This document shows, piece by piece, positions 37,601-49,303 of a stretch of DNA of 64,000 nucleotides; the stretch's first letter is position 1; the number at the start of each line of letters is the position of its first letter. The position numbers and the translations under genes were made by a program. The notes below the pieces were generated by a model, which searched no databases, had not been told where the DNA came from, and saw only the letters and a list, made by a program, of their open reading frames with translations. Source of the stretch: Pocillopora damicornis (lineage: Eukaryota). The stretch spans positions 1-64,000 of the forward strand of contig NW_020844165.1 in assembly GCF_003704095.1 (NCBI RefSeq), read 5' to 3'.

Positions 37601-40600
37601 CGCGCTTTGTAGAGTGTACAGTCGACTTCCGTTATTGTGGATACCCTCGTGGGGAGATTTAGTGTCCGTTAAAGCGAGAGTCTGCAATAGCGGGGTACGA
37701 GAGAAAAATAAATTGTTTTGCATCTAAACGTGTAAAATAATATGTAACTACGCAAACGTAAATTTTCTAACGTGGTCTCATGACTCGGAGAGAGATCCGG
37801 CCACAAGCAGGATATTCTGACGTTCGCACCCAATTGTAGAACGGTTTCTTTATTTTCATTTATTTTAATGTCGCTTTATATTATGTGAGTCAGGATTTTG
37901 GAAAAGTAATGAAGGGGGGGGGGGCAGGCATGAAAGTGTTCGCATTTTCATAATAGCGAGAATCTGTAATAACGAGTTTATTTCAGTCATTTCTTCATGC
38001 GTTTCGCCAGGGGTGGGAATATATGTAACGGCGTAATATGTGACTAACACAGTCTATAGACTGTGCGATTTTACGCCACTATCTGAGTCGGTATATTAAT
38101 TATAATAAATTATTATATAATTAAATTGTGTTAACGGCGTTAAATCTTATATTATACGTTACCGACTAGAAGAAATTGCGCCGTTAGTTACTGGCGTAAA
38201 ATCTTACAGTATGTATACACTACCGACTGAATGAAATTACGCCGTTAGTTGCCAGTCGGTATTACATATATACTGAAAGATTTTACGCTTGTAACTAACG
38301 GCGTAGTTTCTTTTAGGCGGTAACTTAAACATAAGGTGTCCGATATGGCAGAGCGAGAGTCGACTATAGTTTTAGAGAAGATTCAAGGCCTGCTTATTCT
38401 GTGGACATAAAATCACCGGTCAAGAGCACGATTTCTTGCACTTGGAAGATTGCCTCACAAGACAGAAGCTATTGTTTTTATTATTTTAATTTGGTAGTTC
38501 ACAGGAACCTTGTAATACTTAGACGGATCACCATCAAAGAATTGACTAACAAACTTATCGTCACTGATTCTAGGAAGAGCTTGAAGATGTGTTTAAAGAG
38601 ATGCAGAAAAAGAATCTGGTCAATAGAAAGGTGACTTATCAATCAATCCATCAGTTAGCACGTTAGTCAATCAGTCGGTAATCGACTTTTCTCATCATAA
38701 CACGTTAGGCTTCTACCCTTTCGTACATATGACAGCCGCCGTTCTCGTTGATGTATCAACCAGATGACTCTAGTTCTACCAATATTGTTATATAAGTTGA
38801 CATCGTGGAATTCTGAATGTTAGTCGGTCCACTTCAACACAAACCTATTTGAGACGCAAGTAACTGCTGTAAATTAAGAGATCTTTTTGCTTTGCAGTTT
38901 TCACTCAGATTTATTGTGTTTATGACCAAGTTGAAAATGAAAAAAAAAAAATATATTTTTTCAGTTGATTAGCAGAAAAAGACCGCGCAAAAGCAACTGA
39001 ATCTTCTATCCTGTCACCTTTTGCGTCTCTAAAATACTTATTGCTAATCCGTTTTGCATAGTGTGATACTTTTGTTTTATTAACATTTTACTTACTTGCC
39101 TTTCTCACAGAAATCGATTGAAAACCCTGGTTTTCAGTTCACTCGCGCGTTACCATTTGCTTCAATGACGTTCCAGCTTAGTTCTGTGTGAGTAAACTAC
39201 TGTTATTTTAATCCGACTTTAAAGAATGCGTTTGACGGCACGGAAGTAAAGATTATGATATTAGATATTGAAGAGTGGTGACTACAGTAATAAGATATAC
39301 AGTGTTCAATAATATCTACTTAATTACTGAGTGAGAGGGCTGGACGGGAAAATATTTGGCTCAAGTTCTTGACGTATACGTCGGGACCTCCCGTAACTAT
39401 GTACATTTGTCAACAATGAGCAAAATTTAATCATTTAGCATGTCTTCTGAAGAATATAAAATTCGCTGCGTCCAAATGGGATTCCAGCACAACTGCACTT
39501 GTCATTTAAGGGTGTGTGGTATTTCTCTGTGATAGCGCAAACCTCACACAAGCAAAATCATAGGACTAATATTTATTCTGTGAAAGAACTTTCTCACAAT
39601 AGTTAAATCTACGCTTTCCAGCCCCTGCAAGAGACCTCGGCACGGCAAAATATGACCATATAGAAAGGACACTTTGTTGAACTGAAAATTTGTAAAGGAA
39701 ACTAAGGAAAGTAAAAGTATTGTTAAAGAATATCACTAAAAAGATTTTTTGATCTTCCTCTACAGGTATCATCGATTATTCATGCATGGCTTTAAACTTG
39801 TGACATTCTACAGAGACTGCGCTCACTTTTGGAAACAGCTTGTGAAAGGAGAACAGCACAAATTAAATAAAGAAGAAGACAGTGACGACAGGCTGGAGCA
39901 AAAAGCAGCTTCTCTTACCCCTGGTTTAATAGAATTTAAGCAATCACGCGCACTCGGTGGACATGTCGCTTGCATCCTGTCTCTACTCACCACCGACAAG
40001 GTTTGAATGGATTATTTTTAGAAAAATATTTAACTATTAAGTGTTTAGATCGCACGTGATTGGTGTAAATCCGTCTCATATCCGAATGTAATCAAGCTAA
40101 AACTGACAAGTATTCATGTGATATTCCCCAAGAAATATTCCCTAATCTTGAGACCGTCATTCAGATATGACAGTCGTCTTAATATAAGTGATATAAATCT
40201 GAATCTCTGAGAAGATCGGAATCTGTGTCATTCGAGACTCCGGTCGCATTCTCCATGTTAGAGTTGTTAGGTGATACTTATGTAGTGAAGGGACTCCCTT
40301 AGGGGTTTAATTAGCAGCCTGGAAGCGGGTAGATCTGTACCCGTTTGTTATGCGCTAGCAACCTGTTTGTAGCCTTTACACAAATGTCATTGTACTACGA
40401 ACATAAATGTAAATCTCTGTAAGTTCACTTACATTGGTTGACTTTGAAGAAAAACAATGGAACGTGGAGAGGAATGCACCCTAAAATGTTGTAAAGAGTA
40501 ACTACAATAATCTAGAGCTTTAAAATTTTATAGGGGAGCCCAGGCACTCCAGGCCTTGAAAACTGCCTGCCTGCCATTTCAACCACCCGTTTGTACCATA

Positions 40601-43600
40601 TTTAATGAAACCACTGAGAGAGAGCCTCCTATGTGTTAAGATAGGCCTTCTACAGCTTCTCTGCTTTTAACCGCTCTGAGTACACTTTAATTGGTATATT
40701 TTTTTCTGCTTGTTTTGAAGTTTTCTTTTCTCTGCTCATGTTTACAGTTATCTGTTGATGTGAGCATTCCTGAAGAGGTGTTGAACTGTGACTCGTCAGG
40801 GCTATCAGAGAACGTCGAGCTAAAGTCAAGTCAAGCCACTGGTGGAAGTGGTGAACCAGTGTCTAAGGTACATGATTTTTTACGTATGGCTGAAACTTCT
40901 TTTAACGCTTTAAATCTATAACCCTCAAGAGTGATTAGCATCTAATTTCTCTTTATAATATCACCCTTGAATCAAACAGTAAAGTCATGAGAATAGAGGA
41001 AATGATCACCAACGAAAGCAGCTCTTGATTATTAAATAAATTCTCTTTTTCAGCACCTTGGGAAATGTGTAGGGAATACAATGGAGAATATGTATACTGA
41101 TGTTAGGGGGGTAAAGGTAAAGGTAAAGGATTAATAAGGCCTTGGAAAGATCTTTTAAATTCCACAGCTTCCAGACCAAGGGATTGGTCAGTTTTGCACT
41201 AACTACACATTGGCCACTCCCAACTCGGTGAAAAAAGTTGGTTGCAGTTTAGGGAGGAATTTATTTTTGTTCTGTCTCTTAAAGGACGACGCCTCATCAG
41301 AGAAAGGTAAGACAAGAACTTCAGCGAAGACAAGAACTCCTGGCAGTGCTGGAATAACAGAGAAGAATCAGCCGTCAACAGCCCAGGGTGCCATGCCAAG
41401 TAAGAGCAGTGATACGGTCGAGTCAGCCCCAGCTGTAAAGCAGTCAGCGTCCTCTTCCAAAGCAAAATCCTCAGAGAAAAGTTCAAAAGGAAAACGGCCA
41501 AAAAGACGAGAAGTTTTTACCTTGAGGATATCATCATCATCAACTGCAACAAGTTTCACAACTCCATATGATCTGACAGCTGTGACGGACTCAAGCAACT
41601 ATTTGACAAGTTACACTGAGGAATGTGAGGGACAATGTACCGAAAGACAGAGTAGTAAAGTATCCACTGTACCGGTGGCATCTCTGTCCTTCAGCGGCAC
41701 ATCCCGCTCATCAAGAACTGCACTGATGTTGGCTCGGGGTGGGAAGGACCCATATGCATCCATGAATCAGCTCTCAGCTAGGGCTGTTAACACTCACGAC
41801 TTCATGACTTTGAATCCATGCAAAAATGTGTTGAAATTGAAAGAAGACTCTTCGGCACACGTAGCAGTTTATAGCGCTGCTGAAAATAGACCCAGTACCT
41901 CCGCGACCTCTTCTGACGAAGGGATTTCAGGTTATAGAACTTATCCCGTTATTGTTTCCGTGGAATTTTCAATAGACGATTATGTTAAGCTCAGTAAGGA
42001 AGAACTGGGCTTCACTGAAATTGATTTAGTAATGGCAAGAATCATTTACGAGGCTGTTGGAGAGAAAGGAGAGTTTGGTGTGACTGTGAAAGAGTTACAG
42101 GTCTGTTTTACCATTTACAGTATCATTGTTCTCTAGTTAATCAATTAATACAAAGTCCTCCTTAACCGGTCACAAGAAGAGCTTACCACTTTTTATTTTG
42201 CCACACGTTTACGAAAGGCTTGAACCCTCCGATTTTCAGATGTTCAATTAATGGCAAATGACAAAATTAAGGTTAGAAGCTCTCAGATCTTATTCGAAAG
42301 TGGAAATAATTATAATGAAAATTTGTAATGGTTGCTGTTGTCCGTGAGTATTTCCAGTGCATTACAGACTTGGTTACTATGACCTTAGTGGGTTGCTTAA
42401 TGTTTGTCTTTCGTCTTTAGTTAAAACTGCAAGAAAGGAAGTGGGTATTGCAAACATTCTAAAATTATAATATTTCTAGCGTTGCAATATTATTTGAGAA
42501 TGATTCACTTTGTAAAGGAAGTTTGTTTTAGAAAACTCCATAGGGTTTTTGCTTAATGTTGGCGCGCGCGCGAAAATTTTAAGTTTTCGCTTTTCAAGGT
42601 CACCAATAGCCATCAAAAGGCCACGAGCAAGGTTCGGACTATCATTTTCTGTAGTATATATTATCAAAATGATTTTCGTTATTAAGTTAAGGCTCCAGGA
42701 AGGGAGGCGCTCACCAGCGATAATTTGGCTCTGCCTTTGATTTACTTCGTGAAATCTCTCAAAATTTTCACAATTTGTGAAATTTGCCCTGCCGATCATT
42801 TAAAAGCCGAAAGAAATAGGAGTTACAAAGGCAGTTTCCTCACTATTTGGTATTTGCTAGGTTTGTTTTGTATGTTGATATTTTAAAAGCTCGTGCCATG
42901 TTCGCACCCAGATCTCGCGCGGTCAAAAAAATCCTATGGAGCCACCTTGAAGGAAGATGTTATTCTTTTTGTCACAGTAAAGGGATGAAAATTAATTCTA
43001 CTAACACGCACAAAGTTTCAACATGGCTGTTGTGCGAGCCTACTCTAGGACTTAGCTTCCATAGAGTTACCTGTAGTTTATTGGCATAGCAGTAGAGCGC
43101 GGATTCCAAAGGCCTGGGACTCGATTCCCTTTGGGAATCAGATTTTTTTTTTTCTATGTCCTACCTTGTGACGTAAAGAATCGCATCTTTCTTTTGTTGA
43201 TGAACGACCTCAGAATTTTCAATCTTTAACTGTTAACTCTTTGGGTTACTCTAGTGGTAGCAAGACGTAATCCACCCCTATTGGCAAGTAATGCGAAACC
43301 AATGCAATATCACATTTCTTTCGACGCTCAAGTAAAAATAGTTCTAAACCTGAAAGCAATCGTATCTATTACTGCCGAAATATTGCACATAAATCTCGCA
43401 TCTCAGAGCTGGTCAATTAATAACAGTCTAAAATTGTGTTTTCTCTATACCTGATTTTCTATTGCCTTCTTTGTTATTAACATTTAAATTCTTTTCCTCT
43501 AGACGAAAATCCAGGAGAAACACAAACATGAGCTAACTTCATCACAGTATTCTCTTGCAAAACATGTGACGTACATGTGCAAAGCAAAACTGGTAAGTAT

Positions 43601-46470
43601 ATTAAGGGCAGTAGTAATATAAATGCACTTAAAAAAACGTCACATAAATGTGTTCGATGGTCAAACTAGGGAGACTAAATAGAAAGTGTTCTTTCTCCGC
43701 TTTATTTGATTATGTTTGAGCCAGATTATTATCTCAAATCATGATGATTATCTAAGATTCTATTACAAGAGAAAGTCAAATTCAATGAGTTTGAATATGT
43801 TTAAACCGAGGGCAAGCTTGAATCGCAGTACGTACAAATAAATTGGTTTTTTTTTGTTATAAACAAACAGACAAAATTAAACACAAGCAAAAAATAAAAA
43901 CAACACAGTGAAAGAAGGACAGTTACAGCTTCGTCTCACTTCAGTGGTTATTCCCCTAAACTTTCATTTCAGAAATATTTAAAGGCGTCGCTATCACTCA
44001 TGTCGTTATCATCTCGTGAAGTATGATTTGTTTTTTAAATTTTAGCTTTACAGAGTTGGTTTGTTTGAGGAATGTCTTGTCACTGCAAGCTTTGTAAAAC
44101 CCTGGTGTGTGACTGTCCTCAAGGTATTTTTTCGCGTCTTTTTAGCTCAGAATCGTTCCTTTAAAATGTTGCTATGCTGACAATGTTTTCCTCATTTAAC
44201 TGTGTCTTGAGAACGCATTTCGTAAAACCAGAAGTAGAGTAATCACATCAACCAATTAGAGCAAAGGAAGATATCACAACGAGCCAATGAGAATTCAAAA
44301 TATAGACAAGCAATGTATCTGAAGCACAGGAAAACGCTCTGATCAAGTCGTGGTCGGTTTTAGTTTTGACTGTGATTGGTTAAAAAAGTGGCGCGACTTC
44401 TCTGGACCGATTTTTAGAGCAGGAAGAGGAAATCCAAAGCAATCCTGAATTACTTTCCACACTCCATTCAAAATTGCTCAATATTTAAGCAGCTTTTTGC
44501 ACCTTTTGCTTTAAGCCCAAGGTTTCTGAGCAATTGCAAAGAGAGGTACCCAAACATACTGAAGACGCTACAACTGCTGGGAACTCTTTGTCAGAGGCCT
44601 GTGTCTCGTTAAAGCAACAAGAACCTACCGAGGAAGACCAAGATGCAAGTGAAGAAACGAAAACTAACCAGAATAATTCTGAAACTGAAAAATCAAATCC
44701 TGCCGGTCACCCAGAAACTAATAATGGCACTGCTTCAATTGATGACGCTGATCACCTTGAAAATACTGGGCTTTGTAAAGGAGGGACAAACGAGACAGCA
44801 GAAGAAGGGAAAAAACCGGAAAAAGGAAAGAAATACAGAATCAAGTAAGTTTTCTTTGTTAAAATACAGATGATTTGTCTTGCAGTTTTTCGTTATTGTG
44901 TGCACAAGTGTTAGAACGGCCCAAACCTGTCCAAGCCCTTAACTTTTTTTGGTACTTGCAGAGTAAACATTAGGCTAAGGGTAAACGTTCTGTCAATGAA
45001 GTAAAATGCATAAGGGTTATTTTGAGTGAAACTCTTATAGATTTTTTACCATTTTTTACCAGTAATTATGATCAATATTCCGTGGTGTGCCGCCCATGGA
45101 TCACAATTGATGGTGACACAAGTCAACGGCTATTGCGCATGTTTCGAGAGATGGTTCTTATGTTGATTCTTGGGAATCCAGGGATATCACAGGTAAGGAC
45201 CTCGGAACAATGAGCATGAGACGTAGCAATTAAATATCTTGAGTTGGGAATTAGAAGTGATAACAAGTAACAAATCTTACGAGTTTTAGGCCAGTTATCA
45301 AGTGCGTGTCGAAAAACCAAAAACCAGAAGTATCCCAGCTGATAAATAGGACAAAAGCTTCCTTTATCACTAGCCAGTGAGAACTCAAAAATGAAAACAA
45401 GCAAACTGCTTGAAGCGCGGGAAAATGCGCCTGACCAAGTCGCGATTGTTTTTAGTTTTGCATCTGATTGGTTGAGGGGATGGTGCGAATCTTCTGGACC
45501 AATAACAGTGCGAAGACAAGTGAAACCAAACCAATCCTGAGTAACTTTCGACACTTAATTGAAAATTGCTCTGACGTGTTGATAACACGTGTTGATGTTG
45601 GTAAAAAATACTCAGGCTTCCCAAGATAGACCAGCATTTCAAGTTGATTATTACAATGTTTGGTCTCGTCATTTTTCCCATTAATCCTGTGTTTAGTTTA
45701 CAAGCACTATACTAATTTCTTGGTTCAATCGACTCTTCATTTTCTTTTCAATTTCCATTGGAGTAATCGCAGTCACAACAAAGTCGGCGAGGTGATCTCG
45801 TTGTCGAGGTAGTTGCAAATCTGTCCATTCAAATTGAAAAGCGGTTTATGATAAGTTCTTTTTTTTTTTAATTTTGTTTTTATTTTTTTATTAACCCTAA
45901 TGATGGCAAACAGCCGAAAACGTTTGGTTTAAACATTTTAATTTTTTTTACCTTTTAGCCTTGTATATAGAATACAATTTACAAAGCGAACATTATGGAC
46001 ATAAGTTCTTTTGTTTTTGTTTTGTCTTCAGAGCCAGATTGCTAAGCATTTCTTTGAAGCCTTACGGCCAGTCGCATTGCAAGATATACTTGAGGTATGA
46101 ATAAANNNNNNNNNNNNNNNNNNNNNNNNNNNNNNNNNNNNNNNNNNNNNNNNNNNNNNNNNNNNNNNNNNNNNNNNNNNNNNNNNNNNNNNNNNNNNNN
46201 NNNNNTTTTTGGTTGCAATTGCAAATTCAATGAGTACGAACTGCAGGATCTTTAATTAAAGCATATGATTTAAGGCCAGACCTGCTTAATAAATGGATGC
46301 ATGAACGTGCGAACGAGGGAACGAACTTAAGACTGATGAATGTTATTGACCCTTCATAACTGTCTTATTATGGTTGCGTTGTAGAGTCAAGTGAACTGGT
46401 GACTTTTTACACTCCAACAGTTGATTGCATTCTGAAGTTAGCCACAAGCAAGCTGACAGGATACACGTGA
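21097..46470 (+). CDS. GTF3C1: General transcription factor IIIC subunit 1 (TFIIIC220, B-box-binding subunit)
   Basis: Starts MDAILDCVDEIALDGLDG (human recalled as MDALESLLDEVALEGLDG). Conserved blocks include FPLPLD..TKQFLW, GIRGSC, WG..LVMVASQ, LPRFPRLQLIH.LLWQLVYG, FWTDLKCVCLNTPLG, PGDQLGAAGLD..FSHLKRNW, RALPFASMTFQLS, RPWITIDG and FYTPTVDCILKL. Exons: 21097-21148, 21549-21775, 22308-22471, 22952-23195, 23858-24043, 24909-25260, 25680-25771, 26119-26237, 26389-26501, [gap], 27373-27480, 28095-28286, 28707-29039, 29550-29647, 30386-30479, 31099-31282, 32290-32494, 33164-33339, 33727-33864, 34417-34499, 34614-34712, 34984-35097, [gap], 36039-36135, 36651-36749, 37391-37462, 38574-38630, 39111-39187, 39766-40000, 40748-40867, 41285-42100, 43503-43592, 44046-44123, 44516-44844, 45063-45192, 46032-46094, [gap], 46385-46470 (TGA). 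Phases match everywhere except across the three N gaps. Confidence 0.96.
22030..22240 (+). mobile_element. TTAA/CCCT-terminated MITE, divergent copy
   Basis: Similar layout to the copy at 55752-55962, but degraded. Confidence 0.55.
26668..26856. repeat. ~190-bp near-perfect hairpin element
   Basis: GAAGAAATGTAAAATGGTTTCCGTGTTTACATAGCC.GATGTAAACAC...GGAGGTTGGGAGAACAC and its reverse complement; apex GCAAAGC at 26760-26766. Confidence 0.9.
28466..28611 (+). repeat. Dispersed repeat (Penelope 3'/pLTR-like) with a decayed hammerhead-like head
   Basis: Colinear with 55228-55385 (TCAGCTTTAGAAACT...ATTTACAT.ATCA.CT.AGTTGATAAA.CCAAATT...ACG.AGCACCACAGTTTC.TTAG.AACTT.CCCC). Confidence 0.7.
29792..29935. 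repeat. Hairpin element with GCGAAGC apex
   Basis: Arms TGGTTACAGGAC/GTCCTGTTACCA and TTACAAAATCGGAC/GTCCGATTTTGTAA; GCGAAGC at 29861-29867. Confidence 0.8.
30208..30296. repeat. Tandem duplication, 44-bp period, two copies
   Basis: GTAATTAGCTGCTTCT...AAAACAGAGAGGAGTGTATGTT occurs twice. Confidence 0.85.
30596..31030. repeat. Hairpin-headed dispersed element
   Basis: TTGTTGAATAA.CCTCGA-GACAAAGTC-GAGG...TTATTCAACAA hairpin followed by a CpG-rich body. Confidence 0.65.
33471..33680 (-). mobile_element. TTAA/CCCTTT MITE (piggyBac-like ends), reverse-oriented copy
   Basis: Reverse-complement match to 55752-55962 (ACATCAGTATGCATATTCTC...GACAAGGAGAATTTGTTTAACAATCAAGAGC...TTGGTGATCATTT). Confidence 0.8.
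35570..35705. mobile_element. 136-bp MITE with long TIRs and a perfect 8-bp target-site duplication (hAT-like TSD length)
   Basis: GGATCAATATC..TATCTGGGCAACTGCCCACCTA.CCCTCCCCTAAC with its inverted copy at the right end; AGATAACC at both 35562-35569 and 35706-35713. Confidence 0.9.
36465..36577 (+). mobile_element. TTAA/CCCTTT MITE, 5' half
   Basis: TTAACCCTTT...AGAGTGACTAGCATC...CCCTGAATCAAAC...ATGATCACCAACTAAAG. Confidence 0.8.
37619..38366. mobile_element. Tc1/mariner-type MITE (TA-CAGTCGAC...GTCGACT.-TA) carrying an internal repeat array
   Basis: Inverted termini CAGTCGACT / AGTCGACTA flanked by TA. The interval 38020-38330 contains direct and inverted ~60-bp units (TAACGGCGTAA..., TACCGACT...). 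Confidence 0.6.
40902..41134 (+). mobile_element. TTAA/CCCTTT MITE copy
   Basis: Colinear with 55752-55962. Confidence 0.8.
43025..43228 (+). mobile_element. Degenerate tRNA-derived SINE in a GTF3C1 intron
   Basis: tRNA-like head GTAGTT..TGG...AGAGCGCGGATTCCAAAGGCCTGGGACTCGATTCCC (decayed A/B boxes), followed by a T-rich body. Confidence 0.55.
44215..44480. repeat. Dispersed MITE-like repeat (copy 1)
   Basis: Colinear with 45290-45571 (GAAAA.GC.CTGA.CAAGTCG.G..TGTTTTAGTTTTG...TGATTGGTT...TCTGGACC...AAATTGCTC). Confidence 0.7.
45290..45571. repeat. Dispersed MITE-like repeat (copy 2)
   Basis: Same family as 44215-44480; imperfect inverted ends (GTGTCGAAA / TTTCGACAC). Confidence 0.7.
45893..45929 (+). 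ncRNA. Degenerate minimal type I hammerhead-ribozyme motif (Penelope-associated type), probably inactive
   Basis: AACC-CTAATGAT-GGC-AAACA-GCC-GAAA-ACGTTT-GGTT: stem I AACC/GGTT, stem II GGC/GCC, GAAA, palindromic ACGT stem III. The core reads CUAAUGA instead of CUGAUGA. Confidence 0.5.
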
Positions 46471-46751
46471 CACTTTGACGTCAAAACTGATTTCATGTCT
46501 CACAATGCGGTAAACGTGCTCTTAATACTTTTGGTTACCATCACACTCTTCTACGGGTTTAAAAAGAGGAAATTTGTCATTTATTGTGGACGTCTGGACC
46601 ACTGTTGACGCGAACGGGAAGAAGACATTTTTTCCTGTCACTTACGCTCTGCCTCCAGTTAGCCACATTTAGTTACAAACAAAATTTTTACCTTTATGAG
46701 AAAAACTATGATATTTATTTTATGTCAACTATGGCTCTATATTAGAACAGA

Positions 46752-46757
46752 AATAAA
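46752..46757 (+). terminator. Candidate polyadenylation signal of GTF3C1
   Basis: First AATAAA about 280 nt downstream of the stop codon. Confidence 0.5.
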
Positions 46758-47435
46758 CAATAGTTACTTTTCTGAATGAAAACCAAAGCTTCAATTGAAT
46801 TTGGTATCTGAAACAAAGAAAACAGTGTGTAAGGATGCATCAAGCGTCCAACGAATTATCAGCATGTAGGAAGCCGATATTGTTTTTGTTTTGTGCTATC
46901 CTTTTTAAGAATGCATTCGACCCTTTGAGTGGCTCTATCACACTAAAGCATATCTAGGTGATTGTAGCGTGAAGCAACTACAAGAATTGTTTCTCCCCCC
47001 AGATGGGATATTGATTACCGCTTTGCAACTTTACCAGTGCCCCTTTTCCCCCAGAAAGGAGAGTTGCACCGTGAGAGTTAAGTTTTTCTCAAACCAAATT
47101 GCCCAAATGTGTGACTTAATACAAAGGGCACGCGTTATTAAACTCCCAAACTCGCAAATATCTGAGCGAGCAAAAGGGCGCTTACCACTCAGCAAAGCGA
47201 TCCAAACGGTCATTTTCCTCTATTTGAAAATTAATTCATTGAAATACGAACTACAGAGAATGTTTTGCAATTTTTCCCGGCCGTAAGAAATCTTACTTTT
47301 TCGAGATAAGATTACAGCAATCGTTGAATGCGTTGGGAAAGGTAACCGCGCGCTATGCACGCGCTCCCTGTAATAAAAACGTCACAAGACGAACAATGAT
47401 GAATGGATGGGTGAAGGTTAAGTCACAGATGAGAA

Positions 47436-49303
47436 ATGAAGATACGATCCCAGATTTTAAAGTACATGCATTTGGATAGAACTTACTGTCTGTTAACAGG
47501 TAAGTATTGTTCAGGGGCTTTTCTAATACATTGTTTTGTTTTGTTTTGTTTTATTTTGTTTTTTTTTAACTGTGGTAACAAAAAGCGTTCTCTTGAACTT
47601 GTTAAGATGTATCACAAAACTTAGTGTGTTCCTGGAAAAAGATGCTTTGTATAATAAAGCTGTAGTCCTAAAGGCAAAATATTGTTTTCTTTCCCCAAGA
47701 ACCGTGTGCATAATGAAGTATTGGCTGTGCAGAGATCTTACCATTATTCACGCAACGTACTTAAGCCGCTGCGGCTTGGGAGAACGATCATTTTGCGCAG
47801 TAAAAATTAAACCAAACGAATGCCGCTAATAAAGTAATTTCAAAACATTTTCAGAGAAACGACACCTCATAACAGAGGACTTTTCTCAACCGATTATAGG
47901 TGTCAATGACATCTGCTATGAGGGGAGTACATAAAGAAAAGCTTGTGTCTCACAGAGGGCTCGAATCCATCAAGTGTCACGCAGGAAATTATCAAATTGA
48001 GAGGCTTAGGAAGGTTTAGATTAAAATTCAGCGATAATGACCAGGAACACTTAAAAATAGAACATGAAATCTTAAATTAACAATTTTGGGTGATTTTCTA
48101 CTACAGGAGTTAATAAGCATTCGCTACCCGATCCTTGAATCTACAATAACAACGATGAAATCTCTAGCATTATAAAATAAAACTGATTTTAATCTTTAGC
48201 AGAAGTAGACAACCTTAAAGCAATATATTAGCTTTGAGACAATATGGGGAATTTAGATGCTTCGAAGTTCTTTGCTCCAGCCTTCATTCACTTTGTTATT
48301 CCTGTGCATTCAATTCTTAGCATCATTTTGTGGGCCTTTGTCTTTCCGTTTTCTAATTATGTGTTGCGAAAAATTTTTCCCAGGCAGGAATGTTCGCATA
48401 GTTTTAGAATTGTTTCGCCTGATTGATGTTCATGATGAAATGGTTCTCAATGATGTGCAGTTCTGTGCTTTCATGAAGACAGCCACTGACCTGAGCACAA
48501 ATCAAATCTACAAAGTGTTTGACATGTTAGATGTAGATGGGTCTGGTGCAATGGACTTTGATGAATTTTACCTACTCATCTGTATTCTCATCGCGGTTCA
48601 AGATAAAGCGGAGAAAAACTTCATTTACCGCCATTCAAGGACCGTGTTTGACCTCTTAGATGAAGATAACAGCGGAAATATCTCTGCCTATGAGTTTGAA
48701 ACGTTTGGATTTCTGTTCAACCTACAAGGCGAAGCTATTCAAACCATATTTAGGGAATTTGACGTTTCTGGAGACCAGGTTTGAAAATAGGGGAAAGTAG
48801 TTGTGTAGGTTAAACAATTGAATAACAGCAGTGTTGGAACTCTTCCAGCTTCCACGAAAGAGTCTGTATTCTCTGTTTTCAATGTCGGACGAGAAAAGAA
48901 CAATTACTCACTTCAACAGTTCAGTTTTGTACAAGGAGGTCGGGGAGATAGGTGAAAGAAAAACCTAAAAAGCGCTAATCTTCTTAACACTTTGACTAAG
49001 TTATTTTCGCCTTCAGCAATCGACTCTTATCACTTGTTATTGACTCGTAAATTTGATTTCACTCATTATCATGGAGCGTTAATAATGATGCTCTTTGTAG
49101 TGTGTACATAAAAAGTAGCTAAGCGGTATTTTTTTATTAATCTATCTTACTTATGCTTTCAGGAGCTCGACTACTCAGAATTTAAAATGTTTGCCATGGC
49201 CTGCATTGACCGACAGTCAGAGATAGAATCCAGCAAAGACAAAAAATCAAATATTCTGATTGAGTCAGCGGGGAGAATTTGTAGTTCATGTGCTGTGATG
49301 TAA
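47436..49303 (+). CDS. EFCAB9: EF-hand calcium-binding domain-containing protein 9 (CatSper-associated Ca2+ sensor), 199 aa
   Basis: Exons 47436-47499, 48384-48778 and 49163-49303, all GT/AG with matching phases. Protein MKIRSQILKYMHLDRTYCLLTGRNVR...LNDVQF...VFDMLD...FIYRHSRTVFDLLD...FREFDVSGDQELDYSEFKMF matches recalled human EFCAB9 (LYLDKIYCLLSVRNVK, FMYRHSRPVFDLLD). EF loops DVDGSGAMDFDE, DEDNSGNISAYE and DVSGDQELDYSE. Confidence 0.93.

Noticed and set aside
47332-47346. Possible RFX X-box upstream of EFCAB9 (GTTGGGAAAGGTAAC)
   Set aside because: Only one half-site fits the consensus; too weak to call.
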